Part shown: positions 19,647 through 29,040 of the stretch, piece after piece
Numbering within the stretch: position 1 is the first letter of the stretch
Layout: every line of letters begins with the position of its first letter
Source: Patescibacteria group bacterium
Lineage (GTDB): Bacteria > Patescibacteriota > WWE3 > JAMCXX01 > JBBTUG01
Assembly (NCBI GenBank): GCA_038063895.1
Contig: JBBTUG010000012.1
Span: forward strand, 78,165-142,164
Direction of reading: 5' to 3'
DNA length: 64,000 nucleotides
Notes under the pieces: generated by a model
What the model saw: the letters and a program-made list of their open reading frames with translations, nothing else
Told to the model about the DNA's origin: nothing
Database searches by the model: none
Position numbers and translations under genes: made by a program

Positions 19647-20282
19647 TTATTTCCCCTCGACCTCCCCTAAGTAAACCCAAACCTTAACTCCGATAGTCCC
19701 GTAACTGGTAAAAACGGTCGAACGGGCATAATTGATGTTCGCCCGCAAAGTCTGGGAAGGAACCGAACCTTTAACTACCTTTTCCCGCCGGCTGATGGAT
19801 GATGGCCCGGAAAGAACGCCGGAACAGATAATCTTCACACCTTTGGCCCCGCGGGACATTACTTTCTCGGCCGTGTTATTCATTACCCGGCGGATCGGCA
19901 TCCGCATTTTTATCTGACGGACAACATCCTCACCCACGAGCTTACCGGAAAGCTCCGGCACCTTGACCTCTTCAACCACCAGGTCTATCTTCCGGTCGAG
20001 GAGCTTATTCAACCCGGCCTTCAGAATGTTTAAGGTAGAACCGCCCCGTCCTATGACCACTCCCGGTCGGGAAACCTTCAATATTACTTTTATCTTCTCC
20101 GCTTCCCGCTCAATCTCTAAATCGGCAATTCCTGAAGAAGCGGCGTTTTCTTCCAGATAACGGCGGATGTAAACGTCCGCTAAAGCCGTCCGTCCATATT
20201 CCTGGCCCCTAGCAAACCAGCGTGATTTCCACTCCTGACTGACGCCCAATCGAAAACCTAACGGATGAGTTTTTTGTCCCAT
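19647..20282 (-). CDS. rpsC: 30S ribosomal protein S3
   Basis: MGQKTHPLGFRLG, RPGVVIG, YGTIGVKVW. Confidence 0.97.
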   Translation of the reverse strand: MGQKTHPLGFRLGVSQEWKSRWFARGQEYGRTALADVYIRRYLEENAASSGIADLEIEREAEKIKVILKVSRPGVVIGRGGSTLNILKAGLNKLLDRKIDLVVEEVKVPELSGKLVGEDVVRQIKMRMPIRRVMNNTAEKVMSRGAKGVKIICSGVLSGPSSISRREKVVKGSVPSQTLRANINYARSTVFTSYGTIGVKVWVYLGEVEGK

Positions 20283-20623
20283 TATTTTTTATTAACCTCC
20301 CCCAGACTGACGGAAATGTGGCTGGTTCTTTTTAAAATCGGGTGCCAAACGCCCCGGGAAACCGGTTGTCCACGCTTTAGCATTGGACCGCCATCAACAC
20401 GGATTTCAGTAATCTTCAATTCTTCTTTTGTTTTTCCACTCAACTGACGGGCGTTCGCTGCCGCCGAAAGGAGAACTTTAAGCAGAAAATGGGCAGCTTT
20501 CTTCGGAGTCGTCCGCAGCAGCTTCTCCGCTTCAACAACCGTCAGACCGCGGATAGCGTCCACGACCAAGACGGCTTTCTTCGGCGAAATTTTTATATTA
20601 CTTAATTTGGCGGTGGCTTTCAT
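20282..20623 (-). CDS. rplV: 50S ribosomal protein L22
   Basis: SPKKA.LV.DAIRG, SAAANA, KRTSHI. Confidence 0.96.
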   Translation of the reverse strand: MKATAKLSNIKISPKKAVLVVDAIRGLTVVEAEKLLRTTPKKAAHFLLKVLLSAAANARQLSGKTKEELKITEIRVDGGPMLKRGQPVSRGVWHPILKRTSHISVSLGEVNKK

Positions 20624-20625
20624 AA

Positions 20626-20919
20626 TTAAACTCTACCTTCTGACAAGGCCGACTTGGAGCCGCGCTTTCCGTGTTTCCTAAAAGTCCGGGTTAAAGAAAA
20701 TTCCCCGAGACGGTGACCAACCATTGCTTCAACGACATAAACCGGAAAATGAGCCCTGCCGTTGTGGACTCCAATCGTCAGACCGACCATCTCCGGACTG
20801 ATCATTGACGCCCGCGCCCAAGTTTTAATGGGTTCGCGCGAACCGCTCTTTTTAGCGGCCAAAACTTTTTTTAATAATTTTTCGTCCAAATAAGGACCTT
20901 TTTTTAGACTTCGGCTCAT
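20626..20919 (-). CDS. rpsS: 30S ribosomal protein S19
   Basis: [22 protein letters not shown]. Confidence 0.97.
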   Translation of the reverse strand: MSRSLKKGPYLDEKLLKKVLAAKKSGSREPIKTWARASMISPEMVGLTIGVHNGRAHFPVYVVEAMVGHRLGEFSLTRTFRKHGKRGSKSALSEGRV

Positions 20920-21746
20920 CTTAAACCTCCCCTTCGGGAAACAATATATTTATTAGTGTGGTGACGGCGGCGGGTTTTAACTCCCCGGGCCGGTTTTCCC
21001 CACGGTGTTTTCGGACCGGGCATCCCCAACCCCGAACGGCCTTCGCCGCCTCCGTGCGGGTGGCTGCCGGGATGTTGGGCCACACCTCTGACCGTCGGTC
21101 TGATTCCCCGCATCCGGCTTCTTCCGGCTTTCCCCAGCTTAACATTTTTCCGGTCGATATTTCCCAGTTGTCCGATTGTGGCCCGGCAAACAGCCAGAAA
21201 TTTTCGGACTTCCCCGGATGGCAACTTAACCTGGACGTAACCCTTCTCTTCACGGGCAGTCACCATCGCCGCCGTTCCGGCGCCGCGGACTATCTGCCCG
21301 CCCCGGCCGGGATGAAGCTCCAAATTATGAATCGCTACACCGACGGGAACTTTCTCTAAAGGCAAGTTGTTGCCTAATACCGGTTCTGCTTCAAGACCTG
21401 AAACAACTGTATCACCGACCTTTAATCCCAAGGGAGCAGGAATGTAACGCTTCTCGCCATCCTGATAGGCTAACAAAGCGATACTTACCCCACGGTTCGG
21501 ATCATACTCAAGCGCCGTAACCTTCGCGGTAATATTATCTTTATTCCGTAAAAAATCAACTACCCGGAAAAGATGCAAGGTTCCCCCACCCCGGTGGCGG
21601 ATCGTTACCCTGCCGGCGGCATTCCGTCCTCCGTGACTTTTAATTTTGAGTAACAGACTTTTCTCCGGCGCCTTTTTCGATAAATCAGCCCGGCTGATAT
21701 CCTGCCGGAAACGGAGACTGGAGGTCACGGGTTTATAAGTTTTCAT
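20916..21746 (-). CDS. rplB: 50S ribosomal protein L2
   Basis: RHRGGG, EYDPNR, PTVRG...[12 protein letters not shown]. Confidence 0.98.
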   Translation of the reverse strand: MKTYKPVTSSLRFRQDISRADLSKKAPEKSLLLKIKSHGGRNAAGRVTIRHRGGGTLHLFRVVDFLRNKDNITAKVTALEYDPNRGVSIALLAYQDGEKRYIPAPLGLKVGDTVVSGLEAEPVLGNNLPLEKVPVGVAIHNLELHPGRGGQIVRGAGTAAMVTAREEKGYVQVKLPSGEVRKFLAVCRATIGQLGNIDRKNVKLGKAGRSRMRGIRPTVRGVAQHPGSHPHGGGEGRSGLGMPGPKTPWGKPARGVKTRRRHHTNKYIVSRRGGLR

Positions 21747-22057
21747 TTCTTTTCGCCTTTCTTCTCTTTTTCACCAATACCGAAATCCAGCTTCTGACCT
21801 TCTTTTAGCGTCACTATTACTTTCCGCAAAGAGGGCCCGCGGGCGGAATAACGGTACCTGGCTAACAAACGCTGCGAAACCGGCACCTTGGAACTGTTAA
21901 CCTTGACCACAGACACCTTGTACATTTTCTCCAAAGCCCTTTTAATCTCAGGCTTCCCGGCCTGCCGTCCGACCAAAAGAGAATACTTATTCTCCTTGAG
22001 CTGGCTGGAGCTCTTTTCGGTCTGCAATTGTTTAACTATTAAATCTTTAAGTTCCAT
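21743..22057 (-). CDS. rplW: 50S ribosomal protein L23
   Basis: TEKS, KPEIK.A.E..Y.V.V.KVN; position. Confidence 0.92.
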   Translation of the reverse strand: MELKDLIVKQLQTEKSSSQLKENKYSLLVGRQAGKPEIKRALEKMYKVSVVKVNSSKVPVSQRLLARYRYSARGPSLRKVIVTLKEGQKLDFGIGEKEKKGEKK

Positions 22058-22059
22058 AT

Positions 22060-22704
22060 TTACGCCGTTTTAGTGATAAATTTTTCCAGAGCGGTAAGAC
22101 TGACTTTCGAGAGAACGACTCTTTTTACCCGGGCCACGGAAAAAGCATTGAGTGAATCAACGGCCTCGATCTCGACCATTGGCAAATTTCTTCCGACCCG
22201 GACCAGATCTTCCTCGCCTTTGGTCCTGATAAAAAGAACTTTTCCCCCGAGATTCAAATCTCCCATTTTTTTAACCAAATCCTTGGTTTTAGACTCTTTC
22301 CCGAAAGAAAAATTATCCCAAACGTCAACTTTTCCCGCTTGGGCTTTAAGAGACAGAGCTGAAAGCAGTGCCCCTCTTTTCATTTTCGACGGCAGGTAAA
22401 GCGACCAATCTTTAGGTTTTGGTCCGTGAACAACTCCGCCGCCAACCCATTGCGGCGCCCGGATTGATCCTTGACGGGCCCGACCGGTACCTTTTTGCCG
22501 CCACGGTTTACGGCCGCCACCGGAAACCTCGCCCTTGGTTTTAGTTGAGGCATTACCAGCCCGCTGGTTGGCAAAATAGACCCTTAGATACTGGGCCAAA
22601 AGATCGGTATTTACCGGAACGTTGAATATCTTTTCCGGTAATTTGCTGTCCTCCGTTGTAACCGCCTCGGCCGGCTTAACTGCCGCCTTTTTTGTTTTTT
22701 CCAT
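22060..22704 (-). CDS. rplD: 50S ribosomal protein L4
   Basis: GGGRKPWRQKGTGRARQGSIR. Confidence 0.97.
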   Translation of the reverse strand: MEKTKKAAVKPAEAVTTEDSKLPEKIFNVPVNTDLLAQYLRVYFANQRAGNASTKTKGEVSGGGRKPWRQKGTGRARQGSIRAPQWVGGGVVHGPKPKDWSLYLPSKMKRGALLSALSLKAQAGKVDVWDNFSFGKESKTKDLVKKMGDLNLGGKVLFIRTKGEEDLVRVGRNLPMVEIEAVDSLNAFSVARVKRVVLSKVSLTALEKFITKTA

Positions 22705-22705
22705 A

Positions 22706-23143
22706 TTATTTAATTGAAAGGCTTACCTCTCCATTCCGTCCCCCCGGAACCGGGCCGCTAACACCGAGTTTCTTATTCTCTTGGTCTATTAATATTAGCT
22801 TCAAGCCCTTCACAGTAACATTATTGTTACCCATCCGGCCGGCCATCCGCTTGCCTTTATAAACGCGTCCCGGGGTGGTTGTTCCGCCGATAGAGCCCGG
22901 TCCCCGATGCCGGTCGGATTGTCCGTGAGTCGCCGGACCGCCTTTGAAGTGGTGAAGCTTAACAACCCCCTGAAAACCTTTACCCTTAGAAACACTGCGG
23001 ATCACCACTGGTGATCCGAGGGAAAGATCCGACCAAACGCGGTCATCCGTACCGATTAGGGAAAGAAGGGTTACCGGAACCACTTTCCCGTCCGGATTAA
23101 AAATCTGGGTCATTTCAATTTTTTTTGCTTTCAGTTTCAACAT
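22706..23143 (-). CDS. rplC: 50S ribosomal protein L3, internally shortened (145 aa)
   Basis: MTQIF..VPVT, SKGKGFQG, THG, PGRVYKGKRMAGRMG. Confidence 0.93.
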   Translation of the reverse strand: MLKLKAKKIEMTQIFNPDGKVVPVTLLSLIGTDDRVWSDLSLGSPVVIRSVSKGKGFQGVVKLHHFKGGPATHGQSDRHRGPGSIGGTTTPGRVYKGKRMAGRMGNNNVTVKGLKLILIDQENKKLGVSGPVPGGRNGEVSLSIK

Positions 23144-23320
23144 ATTTTATCTGCGTAAATCTTTTCCTATCCAACAAAAAAGGCGCTTCCCTGGCGCCCA
23201 GTAAAGAATCCAAAGCCAGACTCAGCCTAGATCTACGGATCAGCGGTTATGAAATGCTTCCGGCGCCTTACCATCAGTATATTAACAAAACAGTACCCTG
23301 GCGGGCTACCGCCAAGATGG
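23144..23320 (-). promoter_or_regulatory. Candidate structured leader/attenuator of the rplC operon
   Basis: ~175-nt 5' UTR with TGGCGG/CCGCCA hairpin and GGCGC-CAGGGAA-GCGCC-TTTTTT terminator-like element ~30 nt before the ATG. Confidence 0.55.
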
Positions 23321-23324
23321 ACAG

Positions 23325-23353
23325 ATTATATCGGACAATGACGGCCTCGTCAA
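23325..23353 (-). promoter_or_regulatory. Sigma70 promoter of the rplC operon
   Basis: TTGACG-17 nt-TATAAT. Confidence 0.8.
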
Positions 23354-23509
23354 GCCTAAAGTAAAGCAGGTTAAGCCAGTAGATTAAGCTCGCACCATCT
23401 TGGAAGGTAGCCTATAATAGCAGAGCTGGGGGGGGCTAGCTCTACGCCAAATCGACCGAAGCCAGCTTCACTTGATTTTCGCTCGTCGGAATTGGACAAT
23501 GCACTAGCT

Positions 23510-24211
23510 ATGATTCTTGAACAGGAGTTACATCCGATACAAATGAATATTTTAAGGACGCTGCTTTTTATCCCGGCCGCCCGTTTTACCCAGCTCAACA
23601 ATCAAAAAATAGGCACTGACCAGTTTAACTTTCATCTAAAAAGACTGTTGGCTTTAAGCCTCGTCGAGAAACAAGGGGCAAGATATTATTCACTGACCAT
23701 CAAGGGAAAGGAGGCCGCCAACCAAATGGACACCGACACGGCCACCTTCGAGAAGCAGGCTAAAGTTGCTGTGTTGATCGTCGGCGTCCGTCGACAGCGT
23801 AATCGCCAAGAATTCTTAGTGCAAAAAAGATTAAAACAGCCCTATTACGGTTTCCATGGCTTTATCTCCGGCAAAGTTCGGTGGGGAGAAATATTGAAAG
23901 AAGCGGCGGCTAGAGAATTTAAAGAAGAAGCGGGGCTTTCGACAAGGCTGGAACTTAAAGGAATTAAGCATAAAATCGATTACGATCAAAGCGGTCTGCT
24001 CCTTGAGGATAAGTATTTTTTTGTCTTTCGGGCCAATAATCCCAGCGGGAAGTTGATCAATAAATTTGAGGGCGGCGAGAATTCGTGGCTGACAAGAGAA
24101 GACATACTTCGACTACCACAACTATTTGACGGAGTCGACGAGTCTCTAAAAATTATTTTGGGACGAAGACTATTATTTAGTGAAGACAAATATAACGTCA
24201 GCCACTATTAG
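23510..24211 (+). CDS. wHTH + NUDIX hydrolase domain protein
   Basis: N-terminal FNFHLKRL...YSLTIKG; Nudix box GKVRWGEILKEAAAREFKEEAGL. Confidence 0.8.
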   Translation: MILEQELHPIQMNILRTLLFIPAARFTQLNNQKIGTDQFNFHLKRLLALSLVEKQGARYYSLTIKGKEAANQMDTDTATFEKQAKVAVLIVGVRRQRNRQEFLVQKRLKQPYYGFHGFISGKVRWGEILKEAAAREFKEEAGLSTRLELKGIKHKIDYDQSGLLLEDKYFFVFRANNPSGKLINKFEGGENSWLTREDILRLPQLFDGVDESLKIILGRRLLFSEDKYNVSHY

Positions 24212-24264
24212 TCAAAGAAGGAAGAACCAAACACAGACCAAGGGAATCGGTGCTAGTCACCAAC

Positions 24265-24579
24265 TTACATTTTAATCTCAATTCCCACCCCGGCTGGGAG
24301 GGAGAGATTGGAGAGGCTTTCAATGGTTTTCGGAGTCGGTTCGTAAATATCAATCAGTCTTTTGTGGGTCCTGATTTCGAAAGCTTCGTGCGATCTTTTG
24401 TCAACGTGAGGACCGCGGATGACGGTCTGTCTTTCAATATCAGTGGGAAGAGGAATAGGACCAACCACTTTTGCCCCCGTACGGATGGCGGTCTCAATGA
24501 TACTTTCAGTCGTCCGGTCAATAACCCGGCTGTCATAGGCTTTTAAGCGAACTCGGATGCGTGATTCTTTCTTTGCCAT
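24265..24579 (-). CDS. rpsJ: 30S ribosomal protein S10
   Basis: [28 protein letters not shown]. Confidence 0.97.
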   Translation of the reverse strand: MAKKESRIRVRLKAYDSRVIDRTTESIIETAIRTGAKVVGPIPLPTDIERQTVIRGPHVDKRSHEAFEIRTHKRLIDIYEPTPKTIESLSNLSLPAGVGIEIKM

Positions 24580-24635
24580 TTTCTGGTACCTTAAACTTTA
24601 GGGGGCATTTAAAAGAGCAGAGAACCGTCCCTGAA

Positions 24636-25826
24636 TTAGGCTACGACTTTTGATACGACACCCGCCCCGACGGTGTGGCCACCTTCGCGGATTGCAAACC
24701 TTAACCCCTCTTCGAGCGCAACCGGAGTAATCAGTTTTACTTTTGCCTTGACGTTATCACCGGGCATAACCATCTCGGTTCCGGCCGAAAGCATCGCCTC
24801 GCCAGTCACATCCGTTGTCCGGAAGTAGAACTGTGGCCGGTAGCCGGTGAAGAACGGAGTATGGCGGCCGCCCTCTTCTTTCGTCAGAATATAAATCTCA
24901 GCCTCAAACTCAGTGTGGGGCTTGACACTGCCGGGAGCGGCAAGAACCTGACCGCGCTCAACATCCGTCCGTTCAATTCCGCGGAGCAGAATCCCGACGT
25001 TGTCACCGGCCTGTCCCTCATCCATCGATTTTTTAAACATCTCCACTCCGGTAACAACGGTTTTCTGCGTTTCCCGGATACCGACAATTTCGATCTCTTC
25101 GTTCAGTTTAACACGGCCACGCTCAATCCTTCCGGTAACTACCGTTCCCCGGCCCATAATGGAGAAAATATCTTCAACCGGCATCAGGAAAGGCTTATCG
25201 AGCTCACGAACAGGCGTCGGGATGTACTCATCAACTGCGGCCATCAACTCTTCGATACTTTTTACCGCCGCCGGATCACCCTCAAGAGCTTTAAGAGCGC
25301 TACCGCGGATAACCGGAATCTTGTCACCCGGGAACTGGTATTTTGTCAGGAGCTCACGAATCTCGACTTCAACCAGGTCAAGCAACTCTTTATCATCAAC
25401 CATGTCACACTTGTTCATAAAAACGACAACTGCGGGAACGTTAACCTGGTGGGCTAAAAGGATGTGCTCCCGGGTTTGGGGCATCGGTCCGTCAGGAGCG
25501 GAGACGACTAAAATCGCGCCATCCATTTGGGCGGCGCCGGTAATCATGTTCTTAATATAATCCGCGTGACCAGGACAATCGATGTGGGCGTAGTGGCGCT
25601 TTTCGGTTTCGTACTCGACGTGGGCGATGGAGATCGTAATCCCGCGTTCACGCTCTTCCGGAGCGGCGTCGATTGAGTCGAAAGGACGGTAGCTTGCCCC
25701 GCCTTTACCGGCGAGAACTTTCGTAATCGCAGAAGTCAGAGTGGTTTTCCCATGGTCAACGTGACCAATGGTACCAACGTTTAAATGCGGTTTGTTCCTT
25801 TCGTATTTTTGTCTTGTTTCAGCCAT
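24636..25826 (-). CDS. tuf: Elongation factor Tu
   Basis: [25 protein letters not shown]. Confidence 0.99.
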   Translation of the reverse strand: MAETRQKYERNKPHLNVGTIGHVDHGKTTLTSAITKVLAGKGGASYRPFDSIDAAPEERERGITISIAHVEYETEKRHYAHIDCPGHADYIKNMITGAAQMDGAILVVSAPDGPMPQTREHILLAHQVNVPAVVVFMNKCDMVDDKELLDLVEVEIRELLTKYQFPGDKIPVIRGSALKALEGDPAAVKSIEELMAAVDEYIPTPVRELDKPFLMPVEDIFSIMGRGTVVTGRIERGRVKLNEEIEIVGIRETQKTVVTGVEMFKKSMDEGQAGDNVGILLRGIERTDVERGQVLAAPGSVKPHTEFEAEIYILTKEEGGRHTPFFTGYRPQFYFRTTDVTGEAMLSAGTEMVMPGDNVKAKVKLITPVALEEGLRFAIREGGHTVGAGVVSKVVA

Positions 25827-25865
25827 AATTTCCTCAAAAAGCAGAGTCCTTACCGGACTCAGATA

Positions 25866-25894
25866 AGATTAAAGGTTAGCAGGTGTTTTGTCAA
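25866..25894 (-). promoter_or_regulatory. Internal sigma70 promoter for tuf
   Basis: TTGACA-17 nt-TAATCT in the fusA-tuf spacer. Confidence 0.65.
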
Positions 25895-25901
25895 TCCCTT
25901 T

Positions 25902-28031
25902 TTAGCGACCGGCTTCGGCACCGATAATTTTTTGTCCGACGTTATCGGGAACCTCCTGGTAGTGGCTGGGTTCCATGGCAAAAACCCCACGGCCCTGGGT
26001 TAAGGAACGGACGCTGGTCGCGTAACCGAACATCTCGGATAACGGAACCAGCGCATCAATAGCCCTGACGTTACCGCGGGATTCGGTTCCCGAAATAGTC
26101 GCCCGGCGAGAAGAAAGATCCCCGATAACTTCACCCATATATTCTTCCGGGACAGTCACCTCTAACTTCATAATCGGTTCGAGAAAAACGGGCGAAGCGC
26201 GGCGGGCCCCTTCGCGAGTGGCTTCTGAAGCGGCAATTTTAAAGGCCATTTCGGAGGAATCAACATCGTGGTAACTGCCGTCAAAAACCGTAATTTTCAG
26301 GTCGGTCAGAGGGTAGCCGGACAAAACTCCCTTGTCGAGGGCTTCCCGGACACCCTTTTCCACGGCCGGAACGAACTCAATGGGAATTGATCCACCTTTA
26401 ATTTTATTTTCAAATTCGAATCCTTGCCCAGGTGGGAGAGGCTCAAGACGGAGAAAGACGTGCCCGTACTGACCGCGCCCGCCAGACTGGTGGACGTACT
26501 TCCCCTCCTGCTCGACCAGTTTTCGGATCGTTTCCCGGTAGGCGACTTGCGGGCGGCCGACGTTAGCCTCAACTTTAAACTCCCGGCGCATCCGGTCAAC
26601 AATAATTTCCAAGTGCAACTCCCCCATTCCGGAGATAATAACCTGGCCGGTTTCCTGATCGGTGCGCACCTTAAAGGTCGGGTCTTCTTCGGCAAATTTC
26701 CGGATAGCCAAGCCCATTTTTTCCTGATCGACCTTGGTTTTTGGCTCAATCGCAACGGAAACAACCGGTTCGGGAAACTTAATGGATTCCAGAATAATAG
26801 GCTTACCGTCATCCGAGAGAGTATCACCCGTGAAAGTATCTTTGAGTCCGACGGCGGCGCCAATTTCTCCGGCGACCAAATCGGCTACCTCTTCACGGTC
26901 GTTAGCATGCATCAACAGTAATCGGCTAAGACGCTCCTTCAGGTCACGGCGGGTATTTTGAACATACGTCCCGGCCGTCAATTTACCGGAATAAACGCGG
27001 ATGTAGGTCAGACGGCCGACGTAAGGATCGGTCTGAACTTTAAAAGCTAGAGCCGCCAACGGGGCGTCGGGATCGGCGATGCGGGATTCCGCTTCACCGG
27101 TTTTAGGACTCGTACCGGTTACCGGGGGCAGATCCATCGGCGACGGCAGGTATTCAACAGCCGCATCCAAAATTGAACGGACCAGACCCTTCCGGGCATC
27201 GCCGCCCAGAACCGGGAAAAGTTTTCCGGAGGTAGTTCCCGCACGAAGAGCTCTCCGCAAAGTCATTGTACTGGCCGGTTCTCCGGCCAGATATTTTTCC
27301 ATCAACTCCTGATCAAAATCAGCCGCCTTCTCCAGCAGCAGGTCGCGGTACTTCTCGACCTGTTCTTTCATCTCAACCGGAATTTCCTCGACCTTCACTT
27401 CGGAACCGTTTTCATTACCGTAAACAAAGGACTTAAGCAGAACTAAATCAACGTAGCCCCTAAGTTCCGACTCGCGTCCGATCGGTAACTGGATGGCGAC
27501 AGCATTGGCGCCCAGCTTCTCACGGATTGAATTAAGGCTCATCACAAAATCGCCGCCGATGAGGTTCAGTTTATTAACGTAGCAAATCCGGGGAACGTGA
27601 TATTTATCGGCTTGGCGCCAGACGGTTTCGGATTGCGGTTCCACGCCACACTTGCCGTCAAAAACCACAACCGCCCCGTCCAAAACCCGCAGTGACCTCT
27701 CGACCTCAGCGGTAAAGTCGACGTGACCGGGCGTATCAATGATATTAATCCGGTGTGGGCCTAAGTCAGGCTCATCGACCGGTTGCCACAAACAAGTAGT
27801 TGCCGCCGAGGTAATAGTAATACCCCGTTCCCGTTCCTGGGCCATCCAGTCCATTTGGGTTGTCCCTTCATCAATATTCCCGATCTTGTGAATGATTCCC
27901 GTGAGGTAAAGAACGGTTTCGGTAGTGGTTGTTTTCCCGGCGTCAATGTGAGCGATAATCCCAATGTTACGGATTTTTGACAGCGGGATTAATTTTTCTT
28001 TTTCAACATCAAGCTTCGTCGGCATATTCAA
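25902..28031 (-). CDS. fusA: Elongation factor G
   Basis: [33 protein letters not shown]. Confidence 0.98.
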   Translation of the reverse strand: MNMPTKLDVEKEKLIPLSKIRNIGIIAHIDAGKTTTTETVLYLTGIIHKIGNIDEGTTQMDWMAQERERGITITSAATTCLWQPVDEPDLGPHRINIIDTPGHVDFTAEVERSLRVLDGAVVVFDGKCGVEPQSETVWRQADKYHVPRICYVNKLNLIGGDFVMSLNSIREKLGANAVAIQLPIGRESELRGYVDLVLLKSFVYGNENGSEVKVEEIPVEMKEQVEKYRDLLLEKAADFDQELMEKYLAGEPASTMTLRRALRAGTTSGKLFPVLGGDARKGLVRSILDAAVEYLPSPMDLPPVTGTSPKTGEAESRIADPDAPLAALAFKVQTDPYVGRLTYIRVYSGKLTAGTYVQNTRRDLKERLSRLLLMHANDREEVADLVAGEIGAAVGLKDTFTGDTLSDDGKPIILESIKFPEPVVSVAIEPKTKVDQEKMGLAIRKFAEEDPTFKVRTDQETGQVIISGMGELHLEIIVDRMRREFKVEANVGRPQVAYRETIRKLVEQEGKYVHQSGGRGQYGHVFLRLEPLPPGQGFEFENKIKGGSIPIEFVPAVEKGVREALDKGVLSGYPLTDLKITVFDGSYHDVDSSEMAFKIAASEATREGARRASPVFLEPIMKLEVTVPEEYMGEVIGDLSSRRATISGTESRGNVRAIDALVPLSEMFGYATSVRSLTQGRGVFAMEPSHYQEVPDNVGQKIIGAEAGR

Positions 28032-28044
28032 TATGAAGTAAAAC

Positions 28045-28119
28045 CACTAATACCCTTCACTAATTAACCGCTAATCGATTCGTGATCTATTCGTGGAGAA
28101 GATTCGTGGCGTTTGTTCC
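28045..28119. repeat. 75-bp palindromic dispersed repeat, copy 1
   Basis: Three CACTAAT-like then three ATTCGTG units; reverse complement of 32763..32837. Confidence 0.85.
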
Positions 28120-28122
28120 TTT

Positions 28123-28596
28123 TTAAGCTCCCCAACGGAAATGGGCAAAGGCTTTATTGGCTTCGGCCATCCGGTGCATTTCTTCTTTCTTTTTCATCGC
28201 CGCGCCGGTACCCTTCAAAATATCCTGCAATTCGGCCGCTAATTTTTCGGCCATCGGGATTCCTTTGCGCATCTGGGCGGAACGGACAATCCATCGCAAA
28301 GCCAGAGACTCCGCCCGTTCGTAGCGGACCGGGGAGGGCACCTGGTATGTGGCCCCGCCGACCCGGCGGGCTTTAACTTCCTGGGCGGGCGTCACGTTAT
28401 CCACCGCCGTTTTCAACATATTCTTAGCCTCAGTCTTATCCGTACTTAAAGAATTCAACGCCGAATAGACGATCCGCACCGCCGTCGATTTCTTCCCCTG
28501 AATCATCACGCGGTTAATCAGCTTGCTAACCAGCGGCGATTTGTAGAGGGACTCTAATTTTATTGGAACTCTTTTGACTTTTCCGCTTCTTGGCAT
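28123..28596 (-). CDS. rpsG: 30S ribosomal protein S7
   Basis: GKKS.A, RRVGGATYQVP, HRMAEANKAFAH. Confidence 0.98.
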   Translation of the reverse strand: MPRSGKVKRVPIKLESLYKSPLVSKLINRVMIQGKKSTAVRIVYSALNSLSTDKTEAKNMLKTAVDNVTPAQEVKARRVGGATYQVPSPVRYERAESLALRWIVRSAQMRKGIPMAEKLAAELQDILKGTGAAMKKKEEMHRMAEANKAFAHFRWGA

Positions 28597-28600
28597 AATT

Positions 28601-29032
28601 TTAACTTCCTTCCGTCTTTTTTAACTTACTTAATTTCGTACCGTATTTCGATCGGCCTCGGCGCCTTTTTTCAACACCACCCGTATCGTAGTGTCCGCGG
28701 ATAATCGTATATTTCACTCCCGGCAAATCCTGAATCCGTCCTCCCCGGACCATTACGACTGAGTGCTCCTGAAGATTGTGGCCCTCGCCGGGAATGTACG
28801 CAGTGACTTCGCGGCCGTTAGAGAGACGGACCCTAGCCACTTTCCGCAAAGCCGAATTAGGCTTCTTCGGAGTCATTGTTTTCACCTGAATCGCTACCCC
28901 GCGTTTAAAGGGCGAAGAAACTTTCCGGAAGCGGCGCTTTAAACTGGAGTAAACTTCCGTTAAGGCTTTTGTTTTTGAACGCTTTCTTTTCTTAGTTCTT
29001 TTATTATTGATCAGCTGTTGAATCGTTGGCAT
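28601..29032 (-). CDS. rpsL: 30S ribosomal protein S12
   Basis: [24 protein letters not shown]. Confidence 0.98.
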   Translation of the reverse strand: MPTIQQLINNKRTKKRKRSKTKALTEVYSSLKRRFRKVSSPFKRGVAIQVKTMTPKKPNSALRKVARVRLSNGREVTAYIPGEGHNLQEHSVVMVRGGRIQDLPGVKYTIIRGHYDTGGVEKRRRGRSKYGTKLSKLKKTEGS

Positions 29033-29040
29033 AGTCCCTG

